The notes beneath the pieces were generated by a model. That model did not search any database. It was given only the letters and a program-made list of their open reading frames with translations, and was not told where the DNA came from. From an uncultured Candidatus Bathyarchaeia archaeon (GTDB lineage: Archaea; Thermoproteota; Bathyarchaeia; 40CM-2-53-6), in the NCBI GenBank assembly GCA_964601325.1, contig CAZRNA010000003.1:4629-68628 (forward strand): a stretch of 64,000 bases of DNA, in the 5' to 3' direction. Shown piece by piece: positions 19,629 to 29,698 of this stretch. The translations under genes and the position numbers were made by a program. Position 1 is the stretch's first letter. Every line of letters starts with the position of its first letter.

Positions 19629-20720
19629 CTACTGCACTACCTCAACTTCTTCTAGGACGCTTGCTGGGACGTTGAGCTTGAGCTGTTGTGCTCTCTTGAT
19701 GTTGACCATTGGGACCGTTCTTTCGGGCGTCATGATTGGAATGTCTCCAGGCCTGGTTCCGTTCATTATCTCGAGGGCTATTTCAGCGGCTGCTCTTCCT
19801 TGTTCGCTTCCAGGCAGAGTGACTCCACATAGCGCCCCACCCTTTATCGTGAAGTCGAAGAAGGCAAATTCTGGAAGGGTATTGTTCTGCAGCGTCCATC
19901 CTAGGACCTGCTCGGGAGGGAGGCTTTCCTCAGCCTCGCCTTGCTTGACAGTGTGATAGGTGAACAAGCCGATCGCGTCGACCTCTGACTGAAGCTCGTT
20001 GATCTCCGCTTTCCAAGCGTCAAAGTCGTTTGTAGTGTAAACCTCCGCAATCTCAACCGGCAACGATATCTCCCTCATGTATTCGAGAAAACCCTGCGAT
20101 GTAGCACCATCATCCATAACCATCGCGACCTTATTCACATTCGGCACAATTCGTTTCAGAAGGTTGACGCATTCTACGTAGTGGTGTACTTCAGCAACTC
20201 CTGTTATGTTGCTAGCCGGAAGCCCGTAGTCCTTCGGCTTACGGTTGACGCCGCAGAAAACGAACGGAAGCGTCTGACCCACGAATTTCTTTGCCACATA
20301 ATTAGTGGCATTGTCATCAAAGACGATCACAAGATCAGGCGTGAGTTGTTTGATCTTCTCCACAGCTTCCTCTGTAACCTTGTCTATCCATTCTGAGCTT
20401 GTATGCCTCTTGGTGTCCATATAGAACTCTTCGATCACGAATCCTTTGTCCCATAAGACCTCCCTCACGCCCGTTGTCTCAGCCATTACCCATGGATGAT
20501 CAGGGCTGTAGCTGAAGATCAGCAAGACTTTCCTTGTCGGCTTGACGGTGGCTTCGCGAGGTATCATGTAACCAATAGCTGTTCCTGCCGCCAGACCGAC
20601 TATTCCGCCTCCAACTATTCGCAGATAATCTCTTCTGCTCACGCCCTCTTCTCTGGACATGACTGAAATCACTTTCCGGACTGAGACGCTCCAAACTCGA
20701 TATATCTCTTGCTTCCACAT
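19629..20720 (-). CDS. ABC transporter substrate-binding protein (ABC_sub_bind/PF04392-like) with Tat signal
   Basis: Twin-arginine motif SRRDYLRIVGGGIVGLAAG. Likely true start MSREEG at 20660. 'LLIFSYSPDHPW' motif. Confidence 0.7.
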   Translation of the reverse strand: MWKQEIYRVWSVSVRKVISVMSREEGVSRRDYLRIVGGGIVGLAAGTAIGYMIPREATVKPTRKVLLIFSYSPDHPWVMAETTGVREVLWDKGFVIEEFYMDTKRHTSSEWIDKVTEEAVEKIKQLTPDLVIVFDDNATNYVAKKFVGQTLPFVFCGVNRKPKDYGLPASNITGVAEVHHYVECVNLLKRIVPNVNKVAMVMDDGATSQGFLEYMREISLPVEIAEVYTTNDFDAWKAEINELQSEVDAIGLFTYHTVKQGEAEESLPPEQVLGWTLQNNTLPEFAFFDFTIKGGALCGVTLPGSEQGRAAAEIALEIMNGTRPGDIPIMTPERTVPMVNIKRAQQLKLNVPASVLEEVEVVQ

Positions 20721-20908
20721 TTCTCGAGATTGTTCTTAGATATGCCGCGGAATCTCGATGTATCCAGACCTCTTCAGCCTCACGATTTCGTCCAAGACCG
20801 CGTCTACCTTTCTACACTTACCGAATTGCGATAGCACAGAACGGGAGAATACTGAATGCATGACATGATAATTCCAACTCTGACGACGAGCTGGCGTTTT
20901 GTATCGGT

Positions 20909-21886
20909 TCACCAGAAGCCCCCGTGAGCAAAGAGAAGCAGGGGAATGGTGACTAGGCTGATTAGGTACGTGCAGATGACCAGAACTGCTGCAAGCCCGC
21001 CATCGCACCCGCACCGGTCGGCAAGCACTGCCGCAATAGCCCCGGCTGGCATTGATGCCATGACGAAGAGTACTTGCTGATGCATCACCTGCAAGCCCGC
21101 GGCGTAAGCCCCATACGAAACAAGGGCAGGCTGAATAATCATCTTGACGGCGACGACAAGAGCAAGGAACGGGGCCAGCGTCCGGAGTTTTACCGGCCGG
21201 ACCAGAAGGCCAATCGCTATCCAGACAAGCAGGTCCAGCGAACTCCGGATGACCACAAAAAAGTCGTTAAAGACATCCGAAAAGATGCCGGCACCGGGAA
21301 CATGGAGATATGTTACGACAACGGATACACAGAGCCCAAGAACGAATGTAATAAGGATGGGAGTTGCAAGGAAGTTTCTCAGAACGGTGGCCGGATGCTT
21401 GTCCTCTCCTTTCGTTGCACCGAAATATGTCGCGATAAACACGCCAAGCGTGAAGAAGGGGATAGCTACGGCGAACGTTCCGATCATAAGACCAAGAGAC
21501 ATCTCCTCGCTCTGTGGGCCAAATACCATGCTGATCAGCGGCGAAGCAAAGGTGTAGGTGCTCCCGAATGCGGAGAGGAGCACGATCGATCCTTTCGTCG
21601 TCGCGGACGGAATTCCCCATAATCGGCAGACGCCCCACGCGATTAGAATGCAGGCGAGGATTGCAAGAAACATTGTGAGGACCGGAATCACCCACTCTGC
21701 CGTAATGCTGCTCGTTGCAAGGCTTGCGAAGATGGTCGCCGGCAGGGCAAGTTCAGTGACAAGACGGTCGAAGGCCTGTATGTGGCTATCATTGAAGATT
21801 TTCCGTCGCTTCAGCAGCTGGACAATGAGGACGATGAGGAGGAACATGATGACATATTCGTATTGTGAGATTACGAATGGGATCAT
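20909..21886 (-). CDS. Auxin efflux carrier (AEC/Mem_trans) family transporter
   Basis: 325 aa, 10 TM. Paralogous to the next gene (FDRLVTELALPATIFASLA vs FSRLVTELALPVTIFSTLA). Confidence 0.8.
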   Translation of the reverse strand: MIPFVISQYEYVIMFLLIVLIVQLLKRRKIFNDSHIQAFDRLVTELALPATIFASLATSSITAEWVIPVLTMFLAILACILIAWGVCRLWGIPSATTKGSIVLLSAFGSTYTFASPLISMVFGPQSEEMSLGLMIGTFAVAIPFFTLGVFIATYFGATKGEDKHPATVLRNFLATPILITFVLGLCVSVVVTYLHVPGAGIFSDVFNDFFVVIRSSLDLLVWIAIGLLVRPVKLRTLAPFLALVVAVKMIIQPALVSYGAYAAGLQVMHQQVLFVMASMPAGAIAAVLADRCGCDGGLAAVLVICTYLISLVTIPLLLFAHGGFW

Positions 21887-22000
21887 GATGAACCACTTCG
21901 GCCTACGATGTACGTCATGACATTTGCGCGGCGGTATCGAGTTGCGCAGTGATCAATCCTTTTTGGAGTTGGTTTCTTGTGGAAGGTCACAGTCGGTCCC

Positions 22001-22954
22001 TCAGACAGAGAAGTAAGTGACTATCGGGATAGTCAGCAGGCTGACGAGATAGGTTGCGACAACGATGGTCGAGGCGAGCCGGCCGTCGCACTCGTAACGG
22101 GCTGCAATAACTGCAGCGATGGCACCCGAGGGCATCGCTGCTTCAACGACGAGTATCTCGGTTGGAAGGGCGGAAAGGGATGCGATCGAGGCGCCATACA
22201 GGACGAGGATGGGGTGCAAGAAGAGCTTGAGGCCGACGATCAAGAAGAAGAGTGGGAGAACGTCACGGACGTGGGCAGGCCTGAGCATGAGCCCTATCGA
22301 TGCTGCAACGAGGATCTCAAGACCATTTGTGAAGTATCCGAAGAACGTGACCCAGAATTTCTCGCTCATGAACGATGACGCCAAAGGGATTTGGGATACG
22401 GCAAGCCCGGAGACGAAGGAGATAAAGATCGGAGAGACAAAGAAATTCCTGATGACCGGCCACACCTCGGGCTTCTTGTTCTCCTCGCAGCTGCCAAAGT
22501 ATGCGGCCATCAGGATGCCGAGCGTGAACAGCGGGATGATGGCTCCGAACTCGTTGATGAGAAGCCCCAAGGTCATCGCTTCGCTATTGATGCCGAACGT
22601 CTGTCGTATCAGGGGGTAGGCGAGCGTCGAAGTGCTCCCCCACCCAGCCAGTAACACGAGTGATCCGGTCACGCTCGGGGGAAGTCTCATTGCCCGGGAG
22701 GTTAGGTAGGCGAGAAAACAGCAGATCATGATGGCTACGAACATTATGGCGGCGGAGAGGAGTTGGGCTGAGTGTATTGTACTTACGGCAAGGGTGGAGA
22801 AGATAGTCACCGGCAGGGCAAGTTCGGTGACAAGCCGGCTGAAGACCGGCTCATAACTCTCGTGGAGGATCCCACGACGTTTGAGGAGATTGACAAAGAG
22901 GACGAGGATGAAGAATATCGCAACGGATTTGAGAAGCGGGTACAGCTGCTCCAT
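22001..22954 (-). CDS. Auxin efflux carrier (AEC/Mem_trans) family transporter, tandem paralog
   Basis: 317 aa. Same family as 20909..21886. Confidence 0.8.
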   Translation of the reverse strand: MEQLYPLLKSVAIFFILVLFVNLLKRRGILHESYEPVFSRLVTELALPVTIFSTLAVSTIHSAQLLSAAIMFVAIMICCFLAYLTSRAMRLPPSVTGSLVLLAGWGSTSTLAYPLIRQTFGINSEAMTLGLLINEFGAIIPLFTLGILMAAYFGSCEENKKPEVWPVIRNFFVSPIFISFVSGLAVSQIPLASSFMSEKFWVTFFGYFTNGLEILVAASIGLMLRPAHVRDVLPLFFLIVGLKLFLHPILVLYGASIASLSALPTEILVVEAAMPSGAIAAVIAARYECDGRLASTIVVATYLVSLLTIPIVTYFSV

Positions 22955-22956
22955 TC

Positions 22957-23250
22957 TTATTCCAGCCGTACTTGGGCCAGTGGATGTCGCCAGAAAGCAA
23001 GTACATACATTCCGACCCGGCAGGTCGCGACCAAGAAGTAAATCATCATTTGATCGACAGCGCCGACTTCTTCTCGTCTCACGGGGTTTCCTCTAGTCTT
23101 CTTTGATATCAGCTCGGATACGCGGGGACCACTTCTCTCAGCGTCAGCCAAGAACGGAACCACGTGGTCGCCTGGAATTCCGAGGATCTGACCCACATTG
23201 TGGTCTGCAAGCCTCTCAAGCAGGTACTCGGGAGTTTTCAGAGCGCTCAC
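22957..23250 (-). pseudogene. Thiamine-pyrophosphate enzyme N-terminal fragment (ComD/acetolactate-synthase-like), probable remnant
   Basis: EYLLERLADHNVGQILGIPGDHVVPFLADA matches the TPP_enzyme_N start. Only about 35 family-like residues precede divergence. Only 97 aa against at least 160 aa for the family. Confidence 0.3.
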
Positions 23251-23423
23251 TGTCTCCTTTCAAACCATGATTCGTTGCACACGCCTGAATTGCTCTCTGA
23301 TCTTCAAGATTGTCACATTGCTATTTGTACAGGGGTCTTGCCTAATTACACTGCTCGCGATCCGGACTGAGACGGCGACTTAGGACACAGTGAGAATATC
23401 AAGACTCAGAAACCGCGTGTGCC

Positions 23424-26420
23424 TTACGATGGTCTTCTTTCTGTAAGCGTGATTGTCAGCCGGCATGGCTTGCCATTGGAGGGAATTATGACCTCCCCAT
23501 CAGACAATCTGAGGTCAAATTCCTCATTCCCGTCATCTGAATTCATCTGCAGTATGCCCGGCAGGCTTTCGGAGTATCCCTCGCATGTAATCATGTGTGC
23601 CCATACCTTGAGCTCGCGAGACTGGCTTCCCGCTAATTGGACCGTGAGGCGACGGAGCGAAGGGAAGGATGGGATCTCTCGGGATGCGGCTTGCAGCTTC
23701 TCTTCCTTGTCGGGATACTGGAGCGAGACTTCCGCAGTCTTGGGCTGGCCACCTTCCGTGATGGCGAAGAACGCTCGTCCGCCTTCACATTGGTCTTCCT
23801 GCAGCTCAAGAGTCGTCCGCTTCACAAACGCCCCACGATGCGCCATCACTACAGTCATGCCCACTGTGAGAACTCCGATGAGAAGAGCCAGAGCGCGTGA
23901 TGGTAGGTCCTTCCAGATAACCAAGCCATGGAGGAAAAGGGTGGCCAGGAACAGGAGATACACACTCGCCGTGATCAGAGGATGACCAAGAAGTCTGTAG
24001 ACTACAGATGGCAGGCGCTCGCCCTTTCTGCGGCTAGCGATTATCAATAGATCCGGGAAGATCCCTCCTAGCAGCGGAACGAGAATGACCCCGATGAGGC
24101 CGAGCATTTGACTGAAGGAACCGGCTCCGGTGACGACGAGCCACTCGGTCAAGAGGAAGGCGGAGATCGCCGGGATCAGTGGCAGGTAGGAGCGCCCAAG
24201 TTTGCTCAGCATGACTTCTGTCACCCATTGAGAGAGACGTCCCCTTCCGACAAAACCGGTTTCAGTTCTTGCTGGTCGCTCTTCTTTCTCGAGTGCTTTC
24301 CAGATTTCTCCGGGAATCTTGCTTCCTCTCCTGAGTGTGAGAGAAAGCTGATAGCGAGTCTCACCGGTCCTTGCAGCGTCTTGTGACGCTTTCACGACGC
24401 CTTCAGATACCAACGTATCCAGCATGTTACGAATCTTCATCCCATCCTCGCCGAGATATGTCGCGGCCTCGGACGCGGTCACTGTTTGACGCTTCATAGT
24501 CCCCTGACGCAGAAGCCAGTTGACAAGCCGTCGCTGATCTTCAGGCAAGGCGACGAGGTCAGCCATCGTCAGGCCAGCGGTGTCCCACTCCCCCCTCGGA
24601 GTTAGCTTCAGTGACGAGTCAACGTGCACGAGAACACTCTCTTGACTTGCCTCCTGAACTTGCAGAGCCAGATAGACACCGTGTTTGCGGAGCGTCGGCA
24701 TTTCTTCGAGGATTGCGGTAGCGTTCCACGTTTCCGCGAAAGCCATGTGCGTGCGGTGAATAGTGCCGTTCGATTGGATGTCAAGGCGGAACTCAGGCTT
24801 GTCATCGCTGAGCCCGAGATACGTGAGGCTAATGCGAAGTCCTGCTCCTCGGGTGCCGCCTCTAGCGACCGCTCCCTTGTCGCTTAGGAGTAGGTGTCCT
24901 CTTTGGCGGGGCAATCTCACAACCACGTGCCTTCTTCGGGGAAGCCACTCGCGAGTCAGATTGAGGACTCCTAGCGCCGTGATGATCGAGCCCATGCCGA
25001 GTCCGAGAATGACGAGCAATGATCCAAACAAGTACACGATGGGACCGATTACGGCAACGAGCGGAACCAGTGCTGTGCCTGATTGACCTGCGAAGGCTTG
25101 CGGCGCCACGGCACCATTTGCTGCCAACACCCATACACAATAGATGACCATCGCCGCGGTCATCCCGCCAACTGCACCGAGGATCAGCGAACGCCCACCG
25201 GGGTCGCGGCGGAGTACAAGCTGAGCGCAGCTACTCAACGATGTGTGGCCGAAATAGGAGAACAGGACAACGCCGAAAATTACGTACAAGACCGAGGGGT
25301 CGAACGCGCGCCCACTCAAGACGGGTAGATTCACGTAAAGCAGATTTGCCGGTTGCAGGTGGCCGAACGCAAGGAGAGAGAGGATGAGAATTAGGGCAAT
25401 GGTGATCGCACCAACTACAATTGCAGAAGCCACAGTGGCACCGAGCGATCTGAAATGCACAAGATAAACGCTGACAAGGAAGAGTAGCCCGACCCACAGC
25501 TCGGCGCGTATTCCTGTGGTATCTCCTAGGGTGGCTGCAAAGCCGATGTAGTTTGCAATGAGGCCGAGCCAACAGATTGCGAATAGACTCGCTGCCAGTG
25601 TGAGGCTGCCGAGTCGCCCGAGGTAGTCCTGTGCAAGATGGCCCATGAAGGCGCTGCCGTAACGGATGCTTCCGTTGCGGGTGACCGCTTCGGACAGGAA
25701 AGCAATTGTCAACACGTTGGCTAAGCCCAACACGACCAGGATTACCACTCCAGCCAGAGGGCCGATACCGGCCAGCACGATTGGCAGAGCCAGATAGCCT
25801 CCCCCTACAGTCTCCGTCAGCGTCAGCGCGAAAGCAATCCAGAATGGTGGTAGGGAGTCGATCTGATTTCCAAACCGAGTCCAAGCCCATCGAATCGATT
25901 CGGTTACCCTATTACGTGTGGCAAAGACAGTGTCAATCGATTCACCGTACATTTGCTCGTAGGTCTGCTGGACTTGGTCCCCATCCAGCCCCAATGCTGC
26001 CCGAATTCCCTTTACATCCTGACGAGTGAATCTGTACTTCTTGCCCAGGATGTGGGCGAGGGCAGCTCGAATCTTGAAGTTGTCTGGTACTAGAAACGCC
26101 CATTGTGGTGCGTAGTGCTCCAAGTCTTGAATTGTTGGACGAAGCGGAGGCTCACGACCCAGGGCCACGGCTTCCAGAAAGGCTAGGCTACGCTCATCGG
26201 CCGCTTCCTGCGTGAGAAACCGTTCCATCGTTTGCCGGGATTGCGCCTTGTGCCGTGCCGTCCAGCTCTCAATAGCGAAGAGTAGCGTGCTCGCTCGTCT
26301 CGCTGGGAAGCCCTGCAACAATTCCTCGCGGTTGAACTCGGGCTCGCCGGATGGCAGAATGACCGTCACGTCCTTTCCTTCAAGAGTCCATACTTGCAAA
26401 CAAATATGAGTAGCTTTCAT
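23424..26420 (-). CDS. 998-aa chimeric membrane protein: N-terminal soluble domain + amino-acid-transporter-like 11-12 TM core + cytoplasmic winged-helix region + second TM block + C-terminal soluble domain
   Basis: 'TVGGGYLALPIVLAGIGPLAG...' is an Aa_trans/Trp-Tyr-permease-like signature. The internal 'LPEDQRRLVNWLLRQGTMKRQTVTASEAATYLGEDGMKIRNMLDTLVSEGVV' resembles a MarR-type wHTH. Many further TM helices follow. Confidence 0.6.
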   Translation of the reverse strand: MKATHICLQVWTLEGKDVTVILPSGEPEFNREELLQGFPARRASTLLFAIESWTARHKAQSRQTMERFLTQEAADERSLAFLEAVALGREPPLRPTIQDLEHYAPQWAFLVPDNFKIRAALAHILGKKYRFTRQDVKGIRAALGLDGDQVQQTYEQMYGESIDTVFATRNRVTESIRWAWTRFGNQIDSLPPFWIAFALTLTETVGGGYLALPIVLAGIGPLAGVVILVVLGLANVLTIAFLSEAVTRNGSIRYGSAFMGHLAQDYLGRLGSLTLAASLFAICWLGLIANYIGFAATLGDTTGIRAELWVGLLFLVSVYLVHFRSLGATVASAIVVGAITIALILILSLLAFGHLQPANLLYVNLPVLSGRAFDPSVLYVIFGVVLFSYFGHTSLSSCAQLVLRRDPGGRSLILGAVGGMTAAMVIYCVWVLAANGAVAPQAFAGQSGTALVPLVAVIGPIVYLFGSLLVILGLGMGSIITALGVLNLTREWLPRRRHVVVRLPRQRGHLLLSDKGAVARGGTRGAGLRISLTYLGLSDDKPEFRLDIQSNGTIHRTHMAFAETWNATAILEEMPTLRKHGVYLALQVQEASQESVLVHVDSSLKLTPRGEWDTAGLTMADLVALPEDQRRLVNWLLRQGTMKRQTVTASEAATYLGEDGMKIRNMLDTLVSEGVVKASQDAARTGETRYQLSLTLRRGSKIPGEIWKALEKEERPARTETGFVGRGRLSQWVTEVMLSKLGRSYLPLIPAISAFLLTEWLVVTGAGSFSQMLGLIGVILVPLLGGIFPDLLIIASRRKGERLPSVVYRLLGHPLITASVYLLFLATLFLHGLVIWKDLPSRALALLIGVLTVGMTVVMAHRGAFVKRTTLELQEDQCEGGRAFFAITEGGQPKTAEVSLQYPDKEEKLQAASREIPSFPSLRRLTVQLAGSQSRELKVWAHMITCEGYSESLPGILQMNSDDGNEEFDLRLSDGEVIIPSNGKPCRLTITLTERRPS

Positions 26421-26820
26421 CGAGTAAGCGAGCTTCTCAGCTACCAGTGCGGATTGAAGGTCCTTGAACCAGTCGGGTCAACGGTAGCGCTCGCAAGCTT
26501 GTCTCAATCCTCTTTCGAGGATGGTCGTTCTGCCCCTTTTCGCTCCCGGCAAGTGCCATCTGTCGCACGTGATCCGGCCATGCACAACTTGTTGTGTGTC
26601 GATGCTTCTCTAGGATCCGCCATCAAGTGATTCCTTCGCACGCAAAGTCTCACAGCCCGCCCCTTCACCCCAGACACTACGTTTCCTGCAATGATGACAT
26701 TTCAGGCCACCGTGCCCGCGGGATGTTGAATGTAGAATCTTTTCGGTCCTCCATTCAGGAACCATCGAGTAATGTGAAGGAACTTAGAGCGGTTCATCCG
26801 GACGGGCCATCGGCGTCATT

Positions 26821-27780
26821 TTACCTTTTTCTGATCGCAACGTAACATATCAGTATGACCGCGAAGACTGCGGAGACTACTGCTACCACGATCACGGGCC
26901 CGATGACTATCCCTTGGGGGGTTGAAATCTCACTATGCAGCGTAGCGCTCGTCGCGGCTGTTGCGGTTGTTGCCGTTGATGCGTTCCATGGAGGCGGGCT
27001 ATTTGGATCAAGGATGAGCGGCTGTCTTGGGGACTGGTTGAAGTCGAATTCTTCGGAGAAACTGTTTGCCATCGTGTCTCGGTTCGTCAGGCGTCTTAGC
27101 CCGAACTGGTTCTCGATGAAGGCCAAGTACGAGCTGTGTTCGTACTGCGTGTGGCTGATGTGGCCTTGCCTCGCATACGGTGAGATCAGCAGAACCGGTA
27201 CCCTGAACCCCAGGCCGTACTGGTCTACCTGTGGCGGCGGGACGTGGTCGTAGAAGCCTCCCCAATCATCCCAACCGATGAATATCGCAGTCTCCTTCCA
27301 GTATTGACTTTGCATGATGGTGTTCACGAGGGTCACCACGTACTTCTGTCCCACTTCGGGGCTCTTGGGAGGATGTTCACTCACGGCTCCTGCTGGCACA
27401 ATCCACGAGACCTGTGGTAGGCTGCCTGACTGTACGTCGTTGTAGAACTCGGATCCGGGGACATCGCGAGACAGCAACGAGGCATTGCTCATTATTCCTT
27501 TCATGTGCGGTAGCGGATTTGTGTAGTCGTAGAAGCTGGATTCGGGCTCATCGTGAGCCATCAGCTCAGGTTCGTTCGTTGTTGCTGCGCCTGGAAGGTT
27601 TGTTTCATAATAATACTTCCAACTTATCCCGGGTGACAATTCCTCCATTATCGTCTCGAAATCGAAGACAGCGGGAGGCTTGCCTTTCACATAACCGCCG
27701 GACTGGGCGGAGATGAGGTATAGATGGTTCGGGAGACTGAAGCTTAGAACAGAGTGGACGCGTTGTTGTCGCTTATACAT
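26821..27780 (-). CDS. Phosphoesterase family (phospholipase C/acid phosphatase AcpA, PF04185) C-terminal half with Thr/Ala linker and C-terminal TM anchor; N-terminally truncated
   Basis: [21 protein letters not shown]...[53 protein letters not shown]. The ENRSFDHYFG N-terminal metal site is absent and there is no upstream coding capacity. Confidence 0.6.
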   Translation of the reverse strand: MYKRQQRVHSVLSFSLPNHLYLISAQSGGYVKGKPPAVFDFETIMEELSPGISWKYYYETNLPGAATTNEPELMAHDEPESSFYDYTNPLPHMKGIMSNASLLSRDVPGSEFYNDVQSGSLPQVSWIVPAGAVSEHPPKSPEVGQKYVVTLVNTIMQSQYWKETAIFIGWDDWGGFYDHVPPPQVDQYGLGFRVPVLLISPYARQGHISHTQYEHSSYLAFIENQFGLRRLTNRDTMANSFSEEFDFNQSPRQPLILDPNSPPPWNASTATTATAATSATLHSEISTPQGIVIGPVIVVAVVSAVFAVILICYVAIRKR

Positions 27781-28322
27781 TATTACGACGCAGTCGAATT
27801 GCGGAGGTCACTTAGAAATATCGGTCTGGAAATAGCTAAGGAATATGTGCAGCCGGACTCCATCTTTCTGCTGACCAAGCGATCCAAGGAAGGGAAAGAT
27901 CAGGCGACAAGAGAGGCTCTTAGGGTAGCCTAGGCGCCGGTTGTGCGGAGCCTAACGAGACGTTGATTCGGACGCCTAGGACGACGAGCGCATTGCTATG
28001 ATGGCGAGTTAGTCATCTCGTATGCTTGCAACGGCGTTGAGCGTGGCCAGAGCCTAGCGGAAGACGGTGCCGCAATCTCCTGCAAGTCTCGTGATGAGCA
28101 TCGCGGGTTGAACTTGTCGTCATTGCTCGTCTTAGTTTCGTGAAGAAGGATGCTTCCCTCCGAGAGCTTCTATTCTCGGATTTCTTTTCAGTTCTCACAC
28201 TCGCGGCAGAGATGTTCGGTCAAGAGAGTACGTTCGCCAAGGGTAGTCCAAGAGCATTCCTGTGACGTGTGATGACCTTTTTTCATCTTCGACCAACCGA
28301 TGATTGTTGTGGGCGGTGTGGC

Positions 28323-29153
28323 TCAGGCGGACCGAGCGCGTTTGACGGCAACAAGTTGATTCAAGAGATCCTTGAAGAAGTCTGTGCCCATGATCTTCTC
28401 AGCCTCTTTTCTGACATGCTCTTCGTCGATCACAATTTCGAGCTTTGCCACTGTCGCCTCTAGGTCGGATGAGTATTTTCTCAATCTACCTATCTCGAGT
28501 TCGCGAATGCGTATCTCCTTTTGAGTAAGCTCTTGTTGAAGCCGTTCCTTCTCGATGGCCATATTTCGTTCCTTGGTTACGTTGCCGACGATGAAAGTGA
28601 ATATGGCCATGCTAATCGAGTTGGTCAGCGCCATTGGAAGATACAGGGCTTCAACGACTGAGACCGCCTGGCTGAACGGTTGCGCCATCACGAGCGTCAA
28701 AAGCATATGGAGCGTCTCCATGGAGAATGCGAAAGCTGCTGCCCATACGGGACCGATAAGCTTCTTCTTCGTCAGCCACACTAAGCCACCGAGCGTTCCC
28801 GAAATCACTGTTGACAGTGCCGAAGGGACAGCTGAGAACCCGCCCATGAAATACCTGTATGTACCGCCGATCAAACCGGCAGTGAAACCGATCAAAGGGC
28901 CCCCTAGCAGCCCAGCAATCATTGGCCCCGGGTCTCTGACATTGGCGATGGCTCCGAGGATCTCAACGCCGCTGTAGTTCCCCAGAATCGACATCGCAGA
29001 GAACATGGCCGTCGTAAGAAGGGCGCTCTTTGGCGTGATCCTGCGGTTGCATACGTCGAAGAACCAGTCTGTCCTACTCACAAGGTAGGCGACTATTGCG
29101 AAGACGGCCATCAACTTGACAAGTTCAACAAGAGTCTCGAATACAGTAGTCAA
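28323..29153 (-). CDS. Stand-alone 5TMR-LYT (LytS-type sensor membrane domain) protein with C-terminal coiled coil; no kinase domain
   Basis: 'GLLGGPLIGFTAGLIGGTYRYFMGG' matches the 5TMR-LYT GxxGGPxxGxxxG motif. The C-terminal 80 aa are heptad-like (ERLQQELTQKEIRIRELEIGRLRK). Confidence 0.55.
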   Translation of the reverse strand: MTTVFETLVELVKLMAVFAIVAYLVSRTDWFFDVCNRRITPKSALLTTAMFSAMSILGNYSGVEILGAIANVRDPGPMIAGLLGGPLIGFTAGLIGGTYRYFMGGFSAVPSALSTVISGTLGGLVWLTKKKLIGPVWAAAFAFSMETLHMLLTLVMAQPFSQAVSVVEALYLPMALTNSISMAIFTFIVGNVTKERNMAIEKERLQQELTQKEIRIRELEIGRLRKYSSDLEATVAKLEIVIDEEHVRKEAEKIMGTDFFKDLLNQLVAVKRARSA

Positions 29154-29698
29154 AGGACATCTCTCCCCCGATCAAGACGAGATGTGTGTGATTATTGGTC
29201 GCAAGTCTCACTACTAACCTTGCCTCAGAAGCTCTGGAAAGATCTCCGAACGTACATTGCGATTACAAAGGGGTGAATGGCACCCGCTCCCATCATTGCG
29301 TTTCTGACACTCTCGGAGCCTGGATTCATGACTCCAGCCCCCCATCGGCCAACGATCGCCACGACTTTGCTCATTCCCCATGACCGAGTCTTCTACGTGT
29401 TGTATTGTTTTGCCAGTTATCCAAGTCTCGTGAATATTGTGTCGACCGCGTCTGCCACTCTGTTTCTTTGTGATGATGGCGGCTGTGTGGCTTGGTAGAC
29501 ACTCACCGCCCCTTCCTGGCCCCATGCAGGATTCACATATCCGGTTGGGGCTCGAATGACCGTAACAAGGCAACATGTCTAGCCGTGAATTGCAGTTGTC
29601 CTACCGCCCTACCACCCAAGCGGCCTTCTAATTAACGTGAGTTATCATGTGATATCGCTAACGACGGAAAATACAGGACAAGCGAAGGAAGTGAGGCG

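Noticed and set aside
24034-26029. ORFs on both strands inside 23424..26420 (e.g. 25231..25890, 219 aa, Arg/Cys/His-rich).
   Set aside because: These are antisense or out-of-frame artefacts of a GC-rich coding region. The 998-aa frame has coherent TM and soluble segments.
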